Virus record (IMG/VR): IMGVR_UViG_3300045738_001221
Coordinates: 1-64,000 of that record
DNA: 64,000 nucleotides
Reading direction: 5' to 3' (one strand)
Origin: a virus
The position numbers were made by a program, and so were the translations under genes. Positions 54,755 to 64,000 of this stretch are shown here, in pieces; the first letter of the stretch is position 1; each line of letters opens with the position of its first letter. The notes beneath the pieces are model-generated. The model did no database searches. It saw only the letters and a program-made list of their open reading frames with translations, and had not been told where the DNA came from.

Positions 54755-56385
54755 AAAAATTTGCCTGCGGCTGTGAGTTCGAGGAAGTCAGCGACGGAAT
54801 CATTTTCAAACCAAAAATTACAGAGATCACCCTTGAGTGTTCAGCTACTTGGGATTTAATTTGCGAAGGAAACACAAAGGGTGTTTTTCAGTTAGAATCT
54901 CAGCTTGGCAGGTCTCTTGCAAAACAAACAAAGCCAAAGAGCATAGAGGAGCTATCGGATCTTATTGCTATCATGCGTCCGGGGTGCTTGGAGGCGATGG
55001 TCAAGGGAAAGAGCCTGACCATGCACTATATTGACCGCAAACATCATCGTGAACCACTTGAATATCTGCACGAATCTCTTGAGCCAATACTAAAAAGCAC
55101 GTATGGAATTTTAGTATATCAAGAGCAGGCAATTCTTATAGCCACAGAGATTGCTGGATTCGATCTCCAAGAGGCCGACATCCTCCGCAAAGCCATCGGA
55201 AAGAAAAAGGCAGACGTTATGGCAACGGTAAAGAAGTCTTTCCTAAAGAAGTCGGTTGATAAAGGGGTCGTTACTAGAGAGCAGTCGGAGGAGATATTTA
55301 GCTGGATAGAAAAATCCCAAAGATACTCCTTCAATAAATCACACGCAATTAGTTATGCTCATAACTCCTATCTAACCGCCTACACAAAGGCACATTTTCC
55401 ACATGAGTTTTTTACCTCATACCTAAAGCATGCCGTTGGAAAACCCGACACATTTTGGGAAGTACATGAACTCGTAAACAATGCCAAAATCATGGGCATT
55501 CAAGTCATGCCGCCCAACATCATTCATATGAATGAAGAGTTTAAGCTGATTGGCAAAAACCCAACCTATGGAATGACAAATGTAAAAAATGTAGGGTCCT
55601 CTGTTTTCAAGAAGATGGTAAACCATATCAAAGATAATAATATAAACCTGAGTGAGTGTGACTGGGATTGCTTTCTAATTCTTATATCTCCATTTGTAAA
55701 CAAAAAGGCTTTTGAGTCCCTGATCTTGGCGGGTGTATTTGATTGCTTTAAAATGCCTCGCTCCAAGATGCAGCATCATTTCAATTTAATTAAAGAGTTT
55801 ACCAAAAGAGAAATAGAATGGCTACGTCTCTATAAAGAAAAAAATGACAAAGCCACTGCCCCAGAAGCAATCGGACGCATGATAGAAGAGTCAAGGGTCA
55901 AGAGCAAGAAGCGTCCCATCTTTAGGCAGGACAGAATATCTATAATCGAAGATCTGCTGGCGACTTACAATAATCCCGGATATGAACTATATGATTCCCC
56001 CTCTTGGACCTCGAAGATAGAAGAAGAGCTTTTAGGGATCTCGTTGACATGCAACAAGGTAGACGAATACGATACCAGCAAGTCTAACTGTTCATGTAAA
56101 GAGTTTATAGATGGATTTAACTCAAAGGGCGGCATAGTTTTAGCAGTTAAGATAGACTCAGTGAGAGAGTGGAAAATCAAAAAGGGAAGGTCCAAGGGTA
56201 TGACAATGGGATTTGTCACAGTTAGTGACACAAGTTGCTCTCTTGATAACGTAACAGCCTTTTCTGATGAGTGGGAAAAGTATAAAAAGGTCCTGCACGA
56301 AGGCAATACCGTTCTCCTGAGGGGAATGAAAGACAAAAATAGAGGAAGTTTTTTGATAAAAAAGGTAGAGCAACTAACAAGTTAG
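54751..56385 (+). CDS. dnaE: DNA polymerase III alpha, C-terminal part (fingers, HhH, OB)
   Basis: GVFQLES, MRPG, TYGILVYQEQ, ADILRKAIGKK, YSFNKSHA, OB fold MGFVTVSD. Confidence 0.92.
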   Translation: MKKFACGCEFEEVSDGIIFKPKITEITLECSATWDLICEGNTKGVFQLESQLGRSLAKQTKPKSIEELSDLIAIMRPGCLEAMVKGKSLTMHYIDRKHHREPLEYLHESLEPILKSTYGILVYQEQAILIATEIAGFDLQEADILRKAIGKKKADVMATVKKSFLKKSVDKGVVTREQSEEIFSWIEKSQRYSFNKSHAISYAHNSYLTAYTKAHFPHEFFTSYLKHAVGKPDTFWEVHELVNNAKIMGIQVMPPNIIHMNEEFKLIGKNPTYGMTNVKNVGSSVFKKMVNHIKDNNINLSECDWDCFLILISPFVNKKAFESLILAGVFDCFKMPRSKMQHHFNLIKEFTKREIEWLRLYKEKNDKATAPEAIGRMIEESRVKSKKRPIFRQDRISIIEDLLATYNNPGYELYDSPSWTSKIEEELLGISLTCNKVDEYDTSKSNCSCKEFIDGFNSKGGIVLAVKIDSVREWKIKKGRSKGMTMGFVTVSDTSCSLDNVTAFSDEWEKYKKVLHEGNTVLLRGMKDKNRGSFLIKKVEQLTS

Positions 56386-56414
56386 TTTGAGAAGTACTAT
56401 AATAAGGAAGAGAC

Positions 56415-56864
56415 ATGGATGATTTGATAGAAAAAAACATGGGGCTCGTTGTCTCCGTGGTCAATTCTTTTAAACCTCAGAATCCGACTGAGCGTGAAGA
56501 CTACATACAGGCTGGCAGAATAGGCCTCTGGAAGGCGCTTAAAAAATACGATCCCTCTAAGGGAGCGGTATTGTCTACATATGCTTGGAACCCAATAAGG
56601 TGGGAAATAATAAAGGAAATCAAGTCTGCAAAAAAGGGAAGATATACCACCCTCACGAGGGCCCGATGCCCTATTTATAAAAGGAGAGACGAGCTGTGGG
56701 AGTTCTTGCCTAGTATACTATCCGAAGAAGAGGTCAATTTTTTAGAATTGAGAAAGATGGGATACAAGCTGGCTGAAATGGCAGACATTACAGGGAAAAC
56801 AAGCTCATATGTAAAAAGAATTTTCTACAGGGCCGTTAAGAGAATAAGGGAAAAGAATGAGTAA
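56415..56864 (+). CDS. Phage sigma70-family sigma factor (regions 2 and 4)
   Basis: NMGLV, DYIQAGRIGLWKA..YDPSKG..LSTYA; C-terminal HTH. Confidence 0.88.
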   Translation: MDDLIEKNMGLVVSVVNSFKPQNPTEREDYIQAGRIGLWKALKKYDPSKGAVLSTYAWNPIRWEIIKEIKSAKKGRYTTLTRARCPIYKRRDELWEFLPSILSEEEVNFLELRKMGYKLAEMADITGKTSSYVKRIFYRAVKRIREKNE

Positions 56865-58494
56865 AAAAAAGGTTTTGTTTGTTACCGAATCCCACAAGCT
56901 GGCGTCTGGATTTGGAACATATGCAAAACAAGTTCTTCCCAGACTAGCTGCCACGGGCAAATATGAATTAGCCGAATTTGCAAGCTATGGCGATTTTAAT
57001 TCAGTAAATAATTTAGATTGGCTATTCTTTAGCAACTCGCCCAACACTGACGAAGAGAGAAAGCTTTTCGACCAACACCCAGCAAATCACTTTGGTTTGT
57101 GGAGATTCGATAAGGTCGTAATGCACTTTCAGCCTGACATAGTTATTACATACAGAGACCCTTGGATGGATCAGTGGATATCTCAATCTGCAAATCGTCC
57201 CTATTTCCATTGGGTCTGGATGCCGACAGTGGACTCTGCGCCACAGCGGAGAAAGTGGATAGAAAATTTTGGGGAGTGTGATGCTCTGTTTGCATATTCT
57301 GAATTCGGGGCCAAAACACTACTGGAACAATCCAACAACAAGCTAAACGTTATAGGGTGCGCTTCTCCAGCTATAGATCCAACCGTTTACAAGCCGGTTC
57401 CAAGCAAAAAAAGCCTACGAAGATCTCTTGGAATTGATCCAGAAATAAACATTGTTGGAACCGTCATGAGGAACCAAAAAAGGAAGCTGTTTCTAGAGCT
57501 TATGAGATCCTTTAGAATGTTCTTGGACAACGCAGACCCCGAGATAACAAAAAAAACGTTTCTATATCTACATACAAGCTATCCAGAAAAGGCGGGGTGG
57601 GACATATCAGCGGGGGTGCAGGAGTTTGGCCTTCAGAATAAAGTTTTGACTACTTACATTTGCCGGGCATGCTCTCGTTTTTCTTGTGCCTTATTTCAGG
57701 ATGCCATTACCACATGCAAGCACTGCAACGCTCGTTCAGCGGTCATGCCCAGTGTGGCACTAGGGCTTGAAATACCGGACTTAATAAAAATATACAATCT
57801 GTTTGATCTTTATGTTCAATATGCTATATGCGAAGGCTTTGGAATGCCACAAGTCGAGGCCGCCGCCTGCGGCGTTCCGGTCGCCGCTGTGAATTATAGC
57901 GCAATGGAAGATGTAATCAAGTTTACCAAGGGATATCCCATAAGGGTAAAGAGCTTATATAGAGAAATAGAGACTGGGGCCGACCGAGCGCACCCAGATA
58001 ACGAACACTTTGCAAAAATTCTAGCAGAACATTTTTCTCTGTCGGAAAGCAAAAGAAACAAGAAAATGCTAGAAACAAGAAGAGCAACCCTCAAGAGATA
58101 CAACTGGGATCAAACGACCAAAGTGTGGGAAGACTATATTGATTCCTATATACCCACGGGCACTCAAGGCAGGTGGGACGCCCCATACATACACCTTGAT
58201 ATCCCAGAAAAAAGGCCGGAGGAGCTAGCCCCCGAGAACTTGGTTAGGTGGTGCTATGGCACCCTTCTGAAAGATCCGCAGGCTGCATACTCTTATGAGG
58301 CAATTGAACTTACGCAGTCCCTTGCTTTTGGTGCGCACGTAGAGAGCCTAGAGCCCTTTACCGTTAATAGCGTTTGGGAAATAATGATTCAAAAGGCTAG
58401 GAATAAGCTGCTTTGTGAACAAATAAGGACAGGGCAGCAGAAAATGGTTGTTGATGAATTCATCAAGCAAGCCTACCAAAGGAGAAAACAATAA
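56857..58494 (+). CDS. GT4 glycosyltransferase with CxxC-CxxC insertion
   Basis: SGFG, RNQKRK, CRAC...CKHC, EGFGMPQVEAAACG. Confidence 0.85.
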   Translation: MSKKKVLFVTESHKLASGFGTYAKQVLPRLAATGKYELAEFASYGDFNSVNNLDWLFFSNSPNTDEERKLFDQHPANHFGLWRFDKVVMHFQPDIVITYRDPWMDQWISQSANRPYFHWVWMPTVDSAPQRRKWIENFGECDALFAYSEFGAKTLLEQSNNKLNVIGCASPAIDPTVYKPVPSKKSLRRSLGIDPEINIVGTVMRNQKRKLFLELMRSFRMFLDNADPEITKKTFLYLHTSYPEKAGWDISAGVQEFGLQNKVLTTYICRACSRFSCALFQDAITTCKHCNARSAVMPSVALGLEIPDLIKIYNLFDLYVQYAICEGFGMPQVEAAACGVPVAAVNYSAMEDVIKFTKGYPIRVKSLYREIETGADRAHPDNEHFAKILAEHFSLSESKRNKKMLETRRATLKRYNWDQTTKVWEDYIDSYIPTGTQGRWDAPYIHLDIPEKRPEELAPENLVRWCYGTLLKDPQAAYSYEAIELTQSLAFGAHVESLEPFTVNSVWEIMIQKARNKLLCEQIRTGQQKMVVDEFIKQAYQRRKQ

Positions 58495-59543
58495 TGGACA
58501 TTCTTTTCATTGGTCCTTACAGGCAATCCGACGCATGGGGAGCATCCAGCCGAAGCCTAATCAAGTCCATGTCTCTTATTGAAGGGGCAGACTTAACTAC
58601 TAGGCCAATATTTTTGTCAGACAGTATCGAGTCCAGTCTCGACCCGAGCATTTTTAAATTTGAGTCAAATAAAAAGGCAAGCTATGACGTTTTGGTTCAA
58701 CACATGCTCCCTCCTTACATGATATATAGCGGGGATTTTAACAGCGTTGTTGGCATTGCAAACTTTGAAACGAAAGGGAACAGCCAGTGGGATAGCCATC
58801 TTCACCTTCTTGACAAGATACTTGTATCGACTAAAGCTGAAAGACAGTGCGTGTCAGACAATTTAAGGGAAAAAACCTACTCGATAGGGGTTGCCCAAGA
58901 GTCCGACTCTACCAAAAAGAATCCAGCAACCGACAGGTTCGCTTTCTATTCCATAGGAGGAGGCCTAGAGAGCCGGGGAGGGGCAAGGGAAAGCCTTCAA
59001 GCTTACCTTACAGAGTTTCATTTAAACGAAAATGTAAGCTTTATACTGCAAGCAAATGATCCAGAAAGGGCGCAGCTTCTAATTAATGAAGTAACACAAG
59101 AGGTGGGCCTTTATGGACTACCCTACTACCCCCACGTACATCTGGTAGAAAGCGAAAGCGACCTTCACGATAACTGCCATTGCTTTGTAGATGTAGCCTG
59201 TTCTATAGGATTTAATCCGGAAACCGCCAAGGCTCTCCTAAAGGGAAATGCTCCTATAGTTCTTAGAAACTCAGGTAGAGACGAATATGTAAACGACGAA
59301 AACGGTTCTATCGTAGATTCCTTTGAGGATATTTTAATATGCCCAGACCGACCTTTGAGAGATATATTTACTGCTAGAGAAAGTTGCGTTAGGCCCAATA
59401 TCACATCCTTGATGAAGGCCATGAGGGAGAGCTTTGATAACAAAATTGGACTTCTTAGAAAGTCAAGAAAGGGGAGTGAGTCGAAGGAGGCACTGTCCCA
59501 CCAGAGGCAATCCAAAACAATTGAGGAAATACTATGCTCATAA
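58494..59543 (+). CDS. Divergent GT-B glycosyltransferase
   Basis: FIGPYRQSDAWG; degenerate donor-binding motif IGFNPETAKA. Confidence 0.6.
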   Translation: MDILFIGPYRQSDAWGASSRSLIKSMSLIEGADLTTRPIFLSDSIESSLDPSIFKFESNKKASYDVLVQHMLPPYMIYSGDFNSVVGIANFETKGNSQWDSHLHLLDKILVSTKAERQCVSDNLREKTYSIGVAQESDSTKKNPATDRFAFYSIGGGLESRGGARESLQAYLTEFHLNENVSFILQANDPERAQLLINEVTQEVGLYGLPYYPHVHLVESESDLHDNCHCFVDVACSIGFNPETAKALLKGNAPIVLRNSGRDEYVNDENGSIVDSFEDILICPDRPLRDIFTARESCVRPNITSLMKAMRESFDNKIGLLRKSRKGSESKEALSHQRQSKTIEEILCS

Positions 59544-60496
59544 CCTCCAACATAATAAGATCCGCTACCAGAGCTTCTGATAGCCGACCCAAATGTATAT
59601 CTTTTTGCAGAGAAAACGAAAAGTATCTAAAGCTCTTGTCTAAGTGTGACTGCGATATTTATGTGGTTAAGTACGAAGGGCTATCCGACTGGAAAGAGTC
59701 TATTACGAGTTCGCCCGAAAACCTGTTTGTGCTAAATAAAGAGTTACATGAGTGCAATATTTCATTCTTTGATTTTGTAATATGCAATGGGAGGCTCCAA
59801 GAATTCGATGTAGCAGACAGCCTTGCAGCCTCCCTACACGTCCCCCTCATTACGGTGGACCACGTAGGCAAGGGTATCTTCCAAAAACTTCCTCTACATT
59901 CGTCTGTTTCACCTCCGATACCCCTAGAATCAAGAGTGGGAAAAATAAATGTAGCCTTGTCGGATGACATTAAAAAGTCTTGGGAAGCATCTACATACGG
60001 AATATCTATTACAATACCAACAACCGTTGACAGTCGTTTCTTTGAAAAGAAAAAAAAGGAAAAAGAGTTTCTTTTAGACAATAATGTCCCAATGGAAATC
60101 ATGACACACCTTCAGGGGCTTGTTAGTGAGTTCAATTGCTCTCCACGATTTTATCCAGACAAACAAGAAGACCCTCTAGATTTTAAGTTTTATATAAATA
60201 CTTGGAATAACATTGACAATAAAACATTAGAGGCCATGGCCGCTGGATGTATCTCCCTATCCCCCCGTACTCCCGAGACAGAAAGAATAATCACACATGA
60301 GGAAAACGGTCTTTTATTCTCGGACACACAAGACCTGAGAACCCTAATGGAAGATTGTAAAAATGGTAAGTATGCCGAAGTTGGAGACAACGCCCGAGAG
60401 CACGTATCAAATATTTGTTTAGACGAAGAAACGTTTATTAAGAAATGGAAGCAAGTTTTCTCTTACGCTTCCGACTCTTTTTTTATGAGGAATTAA
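59534..60496 (+). CDS. Divergent GT-B glycosyltransferase
   Basis: LEAMAAGC, IITHEENGLL. Confidence 0.7.
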   Translation: MLITSNIIRSATRASDSRPKCISFCRENEKYLKLLSKCDCDIYVVKYEGLSDWKESITSSPENLFVLNKELHECNISFFDFVICNGRLQEFDVADSLAASLHVPLITVDHVGKGIFQKLPLHSSVSPPIPLESRVGKINVALSDDIKKSWEASTYGISITIPTTVDSRFFEKKKKEKEFLLDNNVPMEIMTHLQGLVSEFNCSPRFYPDKQEDPLDFKFYINTWNNIDNKTLEAMAAGCISLSPRTPETERIITHEENGLLFSDTQDLRTLMEDCKNGKYAEVGDNAREHVSNICLDEETFIKKWKQVFSYASDSFFMRN

Positions 60497-60497
60497 A

Positions 60498-60914
60498 ATG
60501 AAAGCCATTGTTTATGTAGACGGAAAATCCTCTCCACCGTTCGAGAATGAAAAAGAATCTATCTCGCTAGTTAACAGTCTAGAAATAGATTCGCTACCAG
60601 ATGCCGTTTTTGAAGAGGTAGAACTACTAGATGTTCTTGAATTTAGCGATGAGCCAAACATACTAGAGATAGCTATCAAGAAAATCCGTCACGGAGGCAC
60701 ATTAAAGATAACAGGAACAGACGCGTTGCAGGTAATAAAGGGCGCTGCCTTTGGACTGTGCGATCTCCAGCACGCTTCGGAAGCACTGCTTAATGGTCGT
60801 AACAAGCTTGTTTCTGCTCACGATTTAAAGAACAAGCTTTCTTCATTCGGATTAAATGTGTCCTTGGTTGGAATAGTTGGCTATAAATATATTGTGGAGG
60901 CCCAGAGACAATGA
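60498..60914 (+). CDS. Degenerate methyltransferase-like fragment
   Basis: DVLE...IRHGGTLKI. Confidence 0.45.
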   Translation: MKAIVYVDGKSSPPFENEKESISLVNSLEIDSLPDAVFEEVELLDVLEFSDEPNILEIAIKKIRHGGTLKITGTDALQVIKGAAFGLCDLQHASEALLNGRNKLVSAHDLKNKLSSFGLNVSLVGIVGYKYIVEAQRQ

Positions 60915-61744
60915 AAAAAAATAAAATACATATAGCGGAACCCACAATAAACGAACTGCACACGGCCTGCTTGGGCTGTGTATTTTCCATAAAGGACAAA
61001 CAAACCCAGACTGGGTGTGAATTCAACCGACTGGAGGTCTACAGAAAGGTTGGGGCTGACATAATTAAGGCCTATGACGCTCACAACAATGAGTTTAACG
61101 TGATAAACATGCGTATTTGTATGTACAAGCGGGGAGAAGAGTGGGGATCAGAAGTACCAAAGTCTGAGAGAGAGGAAACGGTTCTCAGGGAACTGCGCAT
61201 CAAATACCATGCCATGATTTATTTTGGGGAGAACGACCCCCTAGAAGGTCTAGATAGATCTATGGTGTCTCTGGAGAATCAAGAAAACCCCCCACGAGTT
61301 GTGAGCATTATAAATAAAAGGAAAGACATCTCCCAAAAAAAACTTGTGGAACATATATCGGCCGCTGATTATAAAAAGATTGAGTGGCGTCTTCAAACGT
61401 TTTTTGATGAAGAGATGGCAGATCGAGAATGCGTTGACATGGTTATCGACAACACAAAGAATGATTATAAAATAATATTTTATATTTGTTTTAATTCTGG
61501 ATTTGAGATTCCTAGCGTCCTTAGTCAAGAGTTACAAAAGTTTTTTGTAGAAGACATGAGTCGTGCGGGATATGCCCATCCCACCAAAGAAGGTAATGGG
61601 GAATTGGTCAATTCTGTTTTGCATCTTAAGCACGGTGGAAATTGCTTCAACATACCTATCGTAGAAAAACTCAAAGAATTTGAAGAAGGAGCTGAAGAGT
61701 ATATACTTAATATAGAAGACATATGTCCAAGCTTAAAAATATAG
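60911..61744 (+). CDS. Hypothetical protein (Cys-rich N-terminus, possible degenerate GT-A domain)
   Basis: CLGCVF...C...C; cluster context. Confidence 0.55.
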   Translation: MKKNKIHIAEPTINELHTACLGCVFSIKDKQTQTGCEFNRLEVYRKVGADIIKAYDAHNNEFNVINMRICMYKRGEEWGSEVPKSEREETVLRELRIKYHAMIYFGENDPLEGLDRSMVSLENQENPPRVVSIINKRKDISQKKLVEHISAADYKKIEWRLQTFFDEEMADRECVDMVIDNTKNDYKIIFYICFNSGFEIPSVLSQELQKFFVEDMSRAGYAHPTKEGNGELVNSVLHLKHGGNCFNIPIVEKLKEFEEGAEEYILNIEDICPSLKI

Positions 61745-62115
61745 GGGTGGTGAGTCACGTATTGAGGTTGCCAATGCAAGACTACAGCAACATCATTACA
61801 TATTATAATTTACAAAATGAAGATGAAATGCTGATAAAGATTTTTAATAGTCCGACATTTGATATTTTTGGATATCTGCCGCCCGGATTTTTCTTTTCAA
61901 TGCCCGACAACACCCAAAAAATTATGGATGCATTTAATAAAGAGGAAAATTTGAATGTTGTTTTTGCAAGCAACGAGCAAGACGTAAGGCCGTTCTTCAT
62001 AAATAAAAGGACTACTAGATCAAAGGTTTTTTCTATTAATGATATCTTAGATATTGCCAATGATAAAAATCTAAACAGAAGGGTGGTAAACGCTAAATTT
62101 ATTTATGAGCATTAG
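61723..62115 (+). CDS. Hypothetical protein
   Basis: ORF track. Confidence 0.5.
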   Translation: MSKLKNIGVVSHVLRLPMQDYSNIITYYNLQNEDEMLIKIFNSPTFDIFGYLPPGFFFSMPDNTQKIMDAFNKEENLNVVFASNEQDVRPFFINKRTTRSKVFSINDILDIANDKNLNRRVVNAKFIYEH

Positions 62116-62827
62116 ACATACTAAAAAAATAAAGAAGGCGCTCAAGACCATTGGCGACCTAGATATATTGATACCGGCAGCGGGCCTTGGAAAAAGAATG
62201 AAATCTTACGGGCCCAAGTCATTAATAACAATAAAGTACGGGCAGAGCATATTAGGGAGGCAACTCTATCTTATAGATAGTTCTTTCAAAGATTATAATC
62301 TTGTGCTTGTTTGTGGGTTTCAGGCCGACAAACTAATGGAAAGCTCTCCAGCAGAAATAATAAAGGTAGAAAACGAACTATACGAAAGCACAAACGTTTG
62401 CAGAAGCATAGGCTTAGGACTTAGGTCTATACCACGAACAAAGAGACTTTTAATAATAAATGGGGACTTGGTGTTTACTGAGAATACAATTGGCTCCATG
62501 AGTTACGATGGCTCTTGTGTGTTTGTATCAAAACAATCCATGAATGACGGTGAGGTGGGGTGCATTATAAACTCAAAGAGCAACTTGGAGAATTTGATGT
62601 ATGACCTCCCCACTAAATGGTGTCAAATTGCTTACTTTGAGGGAAAGGAGCTTGAAGCCCTAAAGGATATTGCTTGGGACAGGAACAATAAAAAGCTTTT
62701 TGCTTTTGAAGTAATAAATAAAATAATTGATCGTGGAGGGATATTTAAATGTATTGATAATCCTGCTGCAAAAGTGGTGGATGTAGATACGTCTAAAGAC
62801 ATAAAAAGAGCGAGGGAAATAATATGA
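62105..62827 (+). CDS. Sugar/choline-phosphate nucleotidyltransferase (LicC-like)
   Basis: PAAGLGKRM, PKSL, NGDL, DVDT. Confidence 0.85.
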   Translation: MSIRHTKKIKKALKTIGDLDILIPAAGLGKRMKSYGPKSLITIKYGQSILGRQLYLIDSSFKDYNLVLVCGFQADKLMESSPAEIIKVENELYESTNVCRSIGLGLRSIPRTKRLLIINGDLVFTENTIGSMSYDGSCVFVSKQSMNDGEVGCIINSKSNLENLMYDLPTKWCQIAYFEGKELEALKDIAWDRNNKKLFAFEVINKIIDRGGIFKCIDNPAAKVVDVDTSKDIKRAREII

Positions 62828-63618
62828 AGATACTTGTGCAAGCAAAGATTGGCAGGATTGGAGACGGCATAGCCTCTTCCTTATCGTGGGTTCCGGATTT
62901 CCACGTCTCTCAGTGGAGTCGTGAGGAAAAACCGATTATGGATATGTTTGACGAGGTCTCCCCGGATTTTTTGATCGTAACATCTGATGTGCTGGACGAC
63001 AAGGCTTTTAAAATAGCTTCAGGAAGATACCCCCAGACAAAAATTATTTCTGTCGGAGAAGTTAACAACTCAACGGGGGCCCATTTAAGCATATGCAAGA
63101 AAGGCTCTCCCCATCTTCCCTCCATTGTTTTTGAAGACGGTGCCATGCTGGGCAGAATAGGAAGTCCGGCCCCAGAACCGTCGCTAGCGTCTGACGTACT
63201 GTGCATAACAGACTACATAGAAGGCAACTCAGAAGAGATTGGAATTTTGCAGTTTCTTTGCTCAAATTATAACACTAAAATATTCGGAAATCTCCACGTA
63301 AGCGTTCCTAGTTATCTTGGCATCGTCTCTGATCAAGTGAGGGCAAGCGCAATGGCATCTACAAGGGTTTATGTTGATTTGGATGGGGGATCACACTACG
63401 ACCTAGAGTGGCTAAGGAAGAATACGATATCTAAGTTTGAGAATATTCTTGACCTTAAGGGCAAAATAGATGCGGCGCTGAAAAAGGGGGATCAGGAAAT
63501 ATATAGAATATCTGTAAAAAACCAAACATACTTTGATTTATGCAGTCAAATACTGGGTTTCTTCGGGCTAGAAAAAGAAAGCGCCCATCTTATAAAAAAG
63601 AAAGGAGAGCTATCGTGA
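62824..63618 (+). CDS. Hypothetical protein (possible degenerate GT-B)
   Basis: ORF track; cluster context. Confidence 0.55.
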   Translation: MKILVQAKIGRIGDGIASSLSWVPDFHVSQWSREEKPIMDMFDEVSPDFLIVTSDVLDDKAFKIASGRYPQTKIISVGEVNNSTGAHLSICKKGSPHLPSIVFEDGAMLGRIGSPAPEPSLASDVLCITDYIEGNSEEIGILQFLCSNYNTKIFGNLHVSVPSYLGIVSDQVRASAMASTRVYVDLDGGSHYDLEWLRKNTISKFENILDLKGKIDAALKKGDQEIYRISVKNQTYFDLCSQILGFFGLEKESAHLIKKKGELS

Positions 63619-64000
63619 TAGGTATACTACTGGGACATGCATTTGATGACCATGTTGTTGAGAGCATCTACAAGAATAACGAAGACTATTGTCTGTTTAG
63701 CACGGGGGCGGTTTCGCAAAAGTATCCCGTACCCTATCTGCAAACCTTGCGCATTTATGACTTTGCGGGCACTGTAATTTCCACAGACATACCAACTTCG
63801 ATACTCACGTCTAAGCTTAAAATGCCATCCAAGAAATACTTTTACATTAGATCTTTGGAGTGGGTTGGATTTCAGCCCCTTATGTATGAAGAACTAAAAA
63901 GTATTTATCTTAATGAAGAGCTAGAGCTTATTGTATCTAATAAAAAAGACTATGATCTTATCAAAAATCTATTTAGAGAACCGAAATATATTGTAAAAGA
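63615..64000 (+). CDS. Hypothetical protein, 3'-truncated by window edge
   Basis: AAGGAG RBS, GTG 63615, frame open to end of window. Confidence 0.6.
   Translation, partial: MIGILLGHAFDDHVVESIYKNNEDYCLFSTGAVSQKYPVPYLQTLRIYDFAGTVISTDIPTSILTSKLKMPSKKYFYIRSLEWVGFQPLMYEELKSIYLNEELELIVSNKKDYDLIKNLFREPKYIVK

Noticed and set aside
33529-56385. Inteins or introns in nrdJ, the recA-like gene, dnaB or dnaE
   Set aside because: Protein lengths are normal and no C...HN-C/S/T splice motifs or homing endonuclease inserts were seen.
2063-63265. The many minus-strand and alternate-frame ORFs in the track
   Set aside because: Nearly all lie inside well-supported + strand genes, and none shows a recognisable motif; treated as shadow ORFs.
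1-64000. Genome-wide reassignment of TGA or TAG
   Set aside because: Conserved proteins end at their expected C-termini on TGA (GlmS ...AKSVTVL) and TAG (SSB ...ETPF), and coding density is high with code 11. Only the 38450 TGA looks recoded.

Overview
A 64-kb segment of what is most likely a large tailed bacteriophage genome. Genes are densely packed and essentially all on the + strand. There are no rRNA or ribosomal-protein genes, and no capsid or terminase genes fall in this window. Order of content: small early-type genes behind a perfect sigma70 promoter; tRNA-Arg(TCT); a Zn-ribbon/RuvA-domain-III gene coupled to RuvB; an M19 dipeptidase; a ~17-kb nucleotide-sugar/glycosyltransferase cluster (wecB, rmlB, glmS, two fcl-like genes, GT11, hddA, WavE-like, methyltransferases); a complete tmRNA (tag AEKEILALAA); a Tat-signal matrixin; ssb, dut, an NDT-like gene and a degenerate DeoC; holin-like genes; class II RNR and dCMP deaminase; two Tat-signal DUF1501 proteins; IscA; an archaeal-type (type II) GAPDH; PhoH; a replication module (RecA-like, DnaB, primase, dNMP kinase, Cas4-like nuclease, DnaE split in two around a DEDDh exonuclease); a sigma factor; and a second glycosyltransferase cluster. 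Host-derived genes suggest a Planctomycetota host (inference). The strongest novelty candidates are: (1) a probable phage-encoded selenoprotein at 38384-38668 (in-frame UGA followed by a bacterial SECIS-like hairpin); (2) a bipartite DNA motif YGGTT-N14-GGCACGCGAGT in four same-strand copies; (3) an unannotated ~175-nt pseudoknotted RNA upstream of the RNR operon; (4) a RuvA-CTD adaptor whose junction-binding domains are replaced by a Zn ribbon. All product calls come from motif recognition by eye; no database searches were run.
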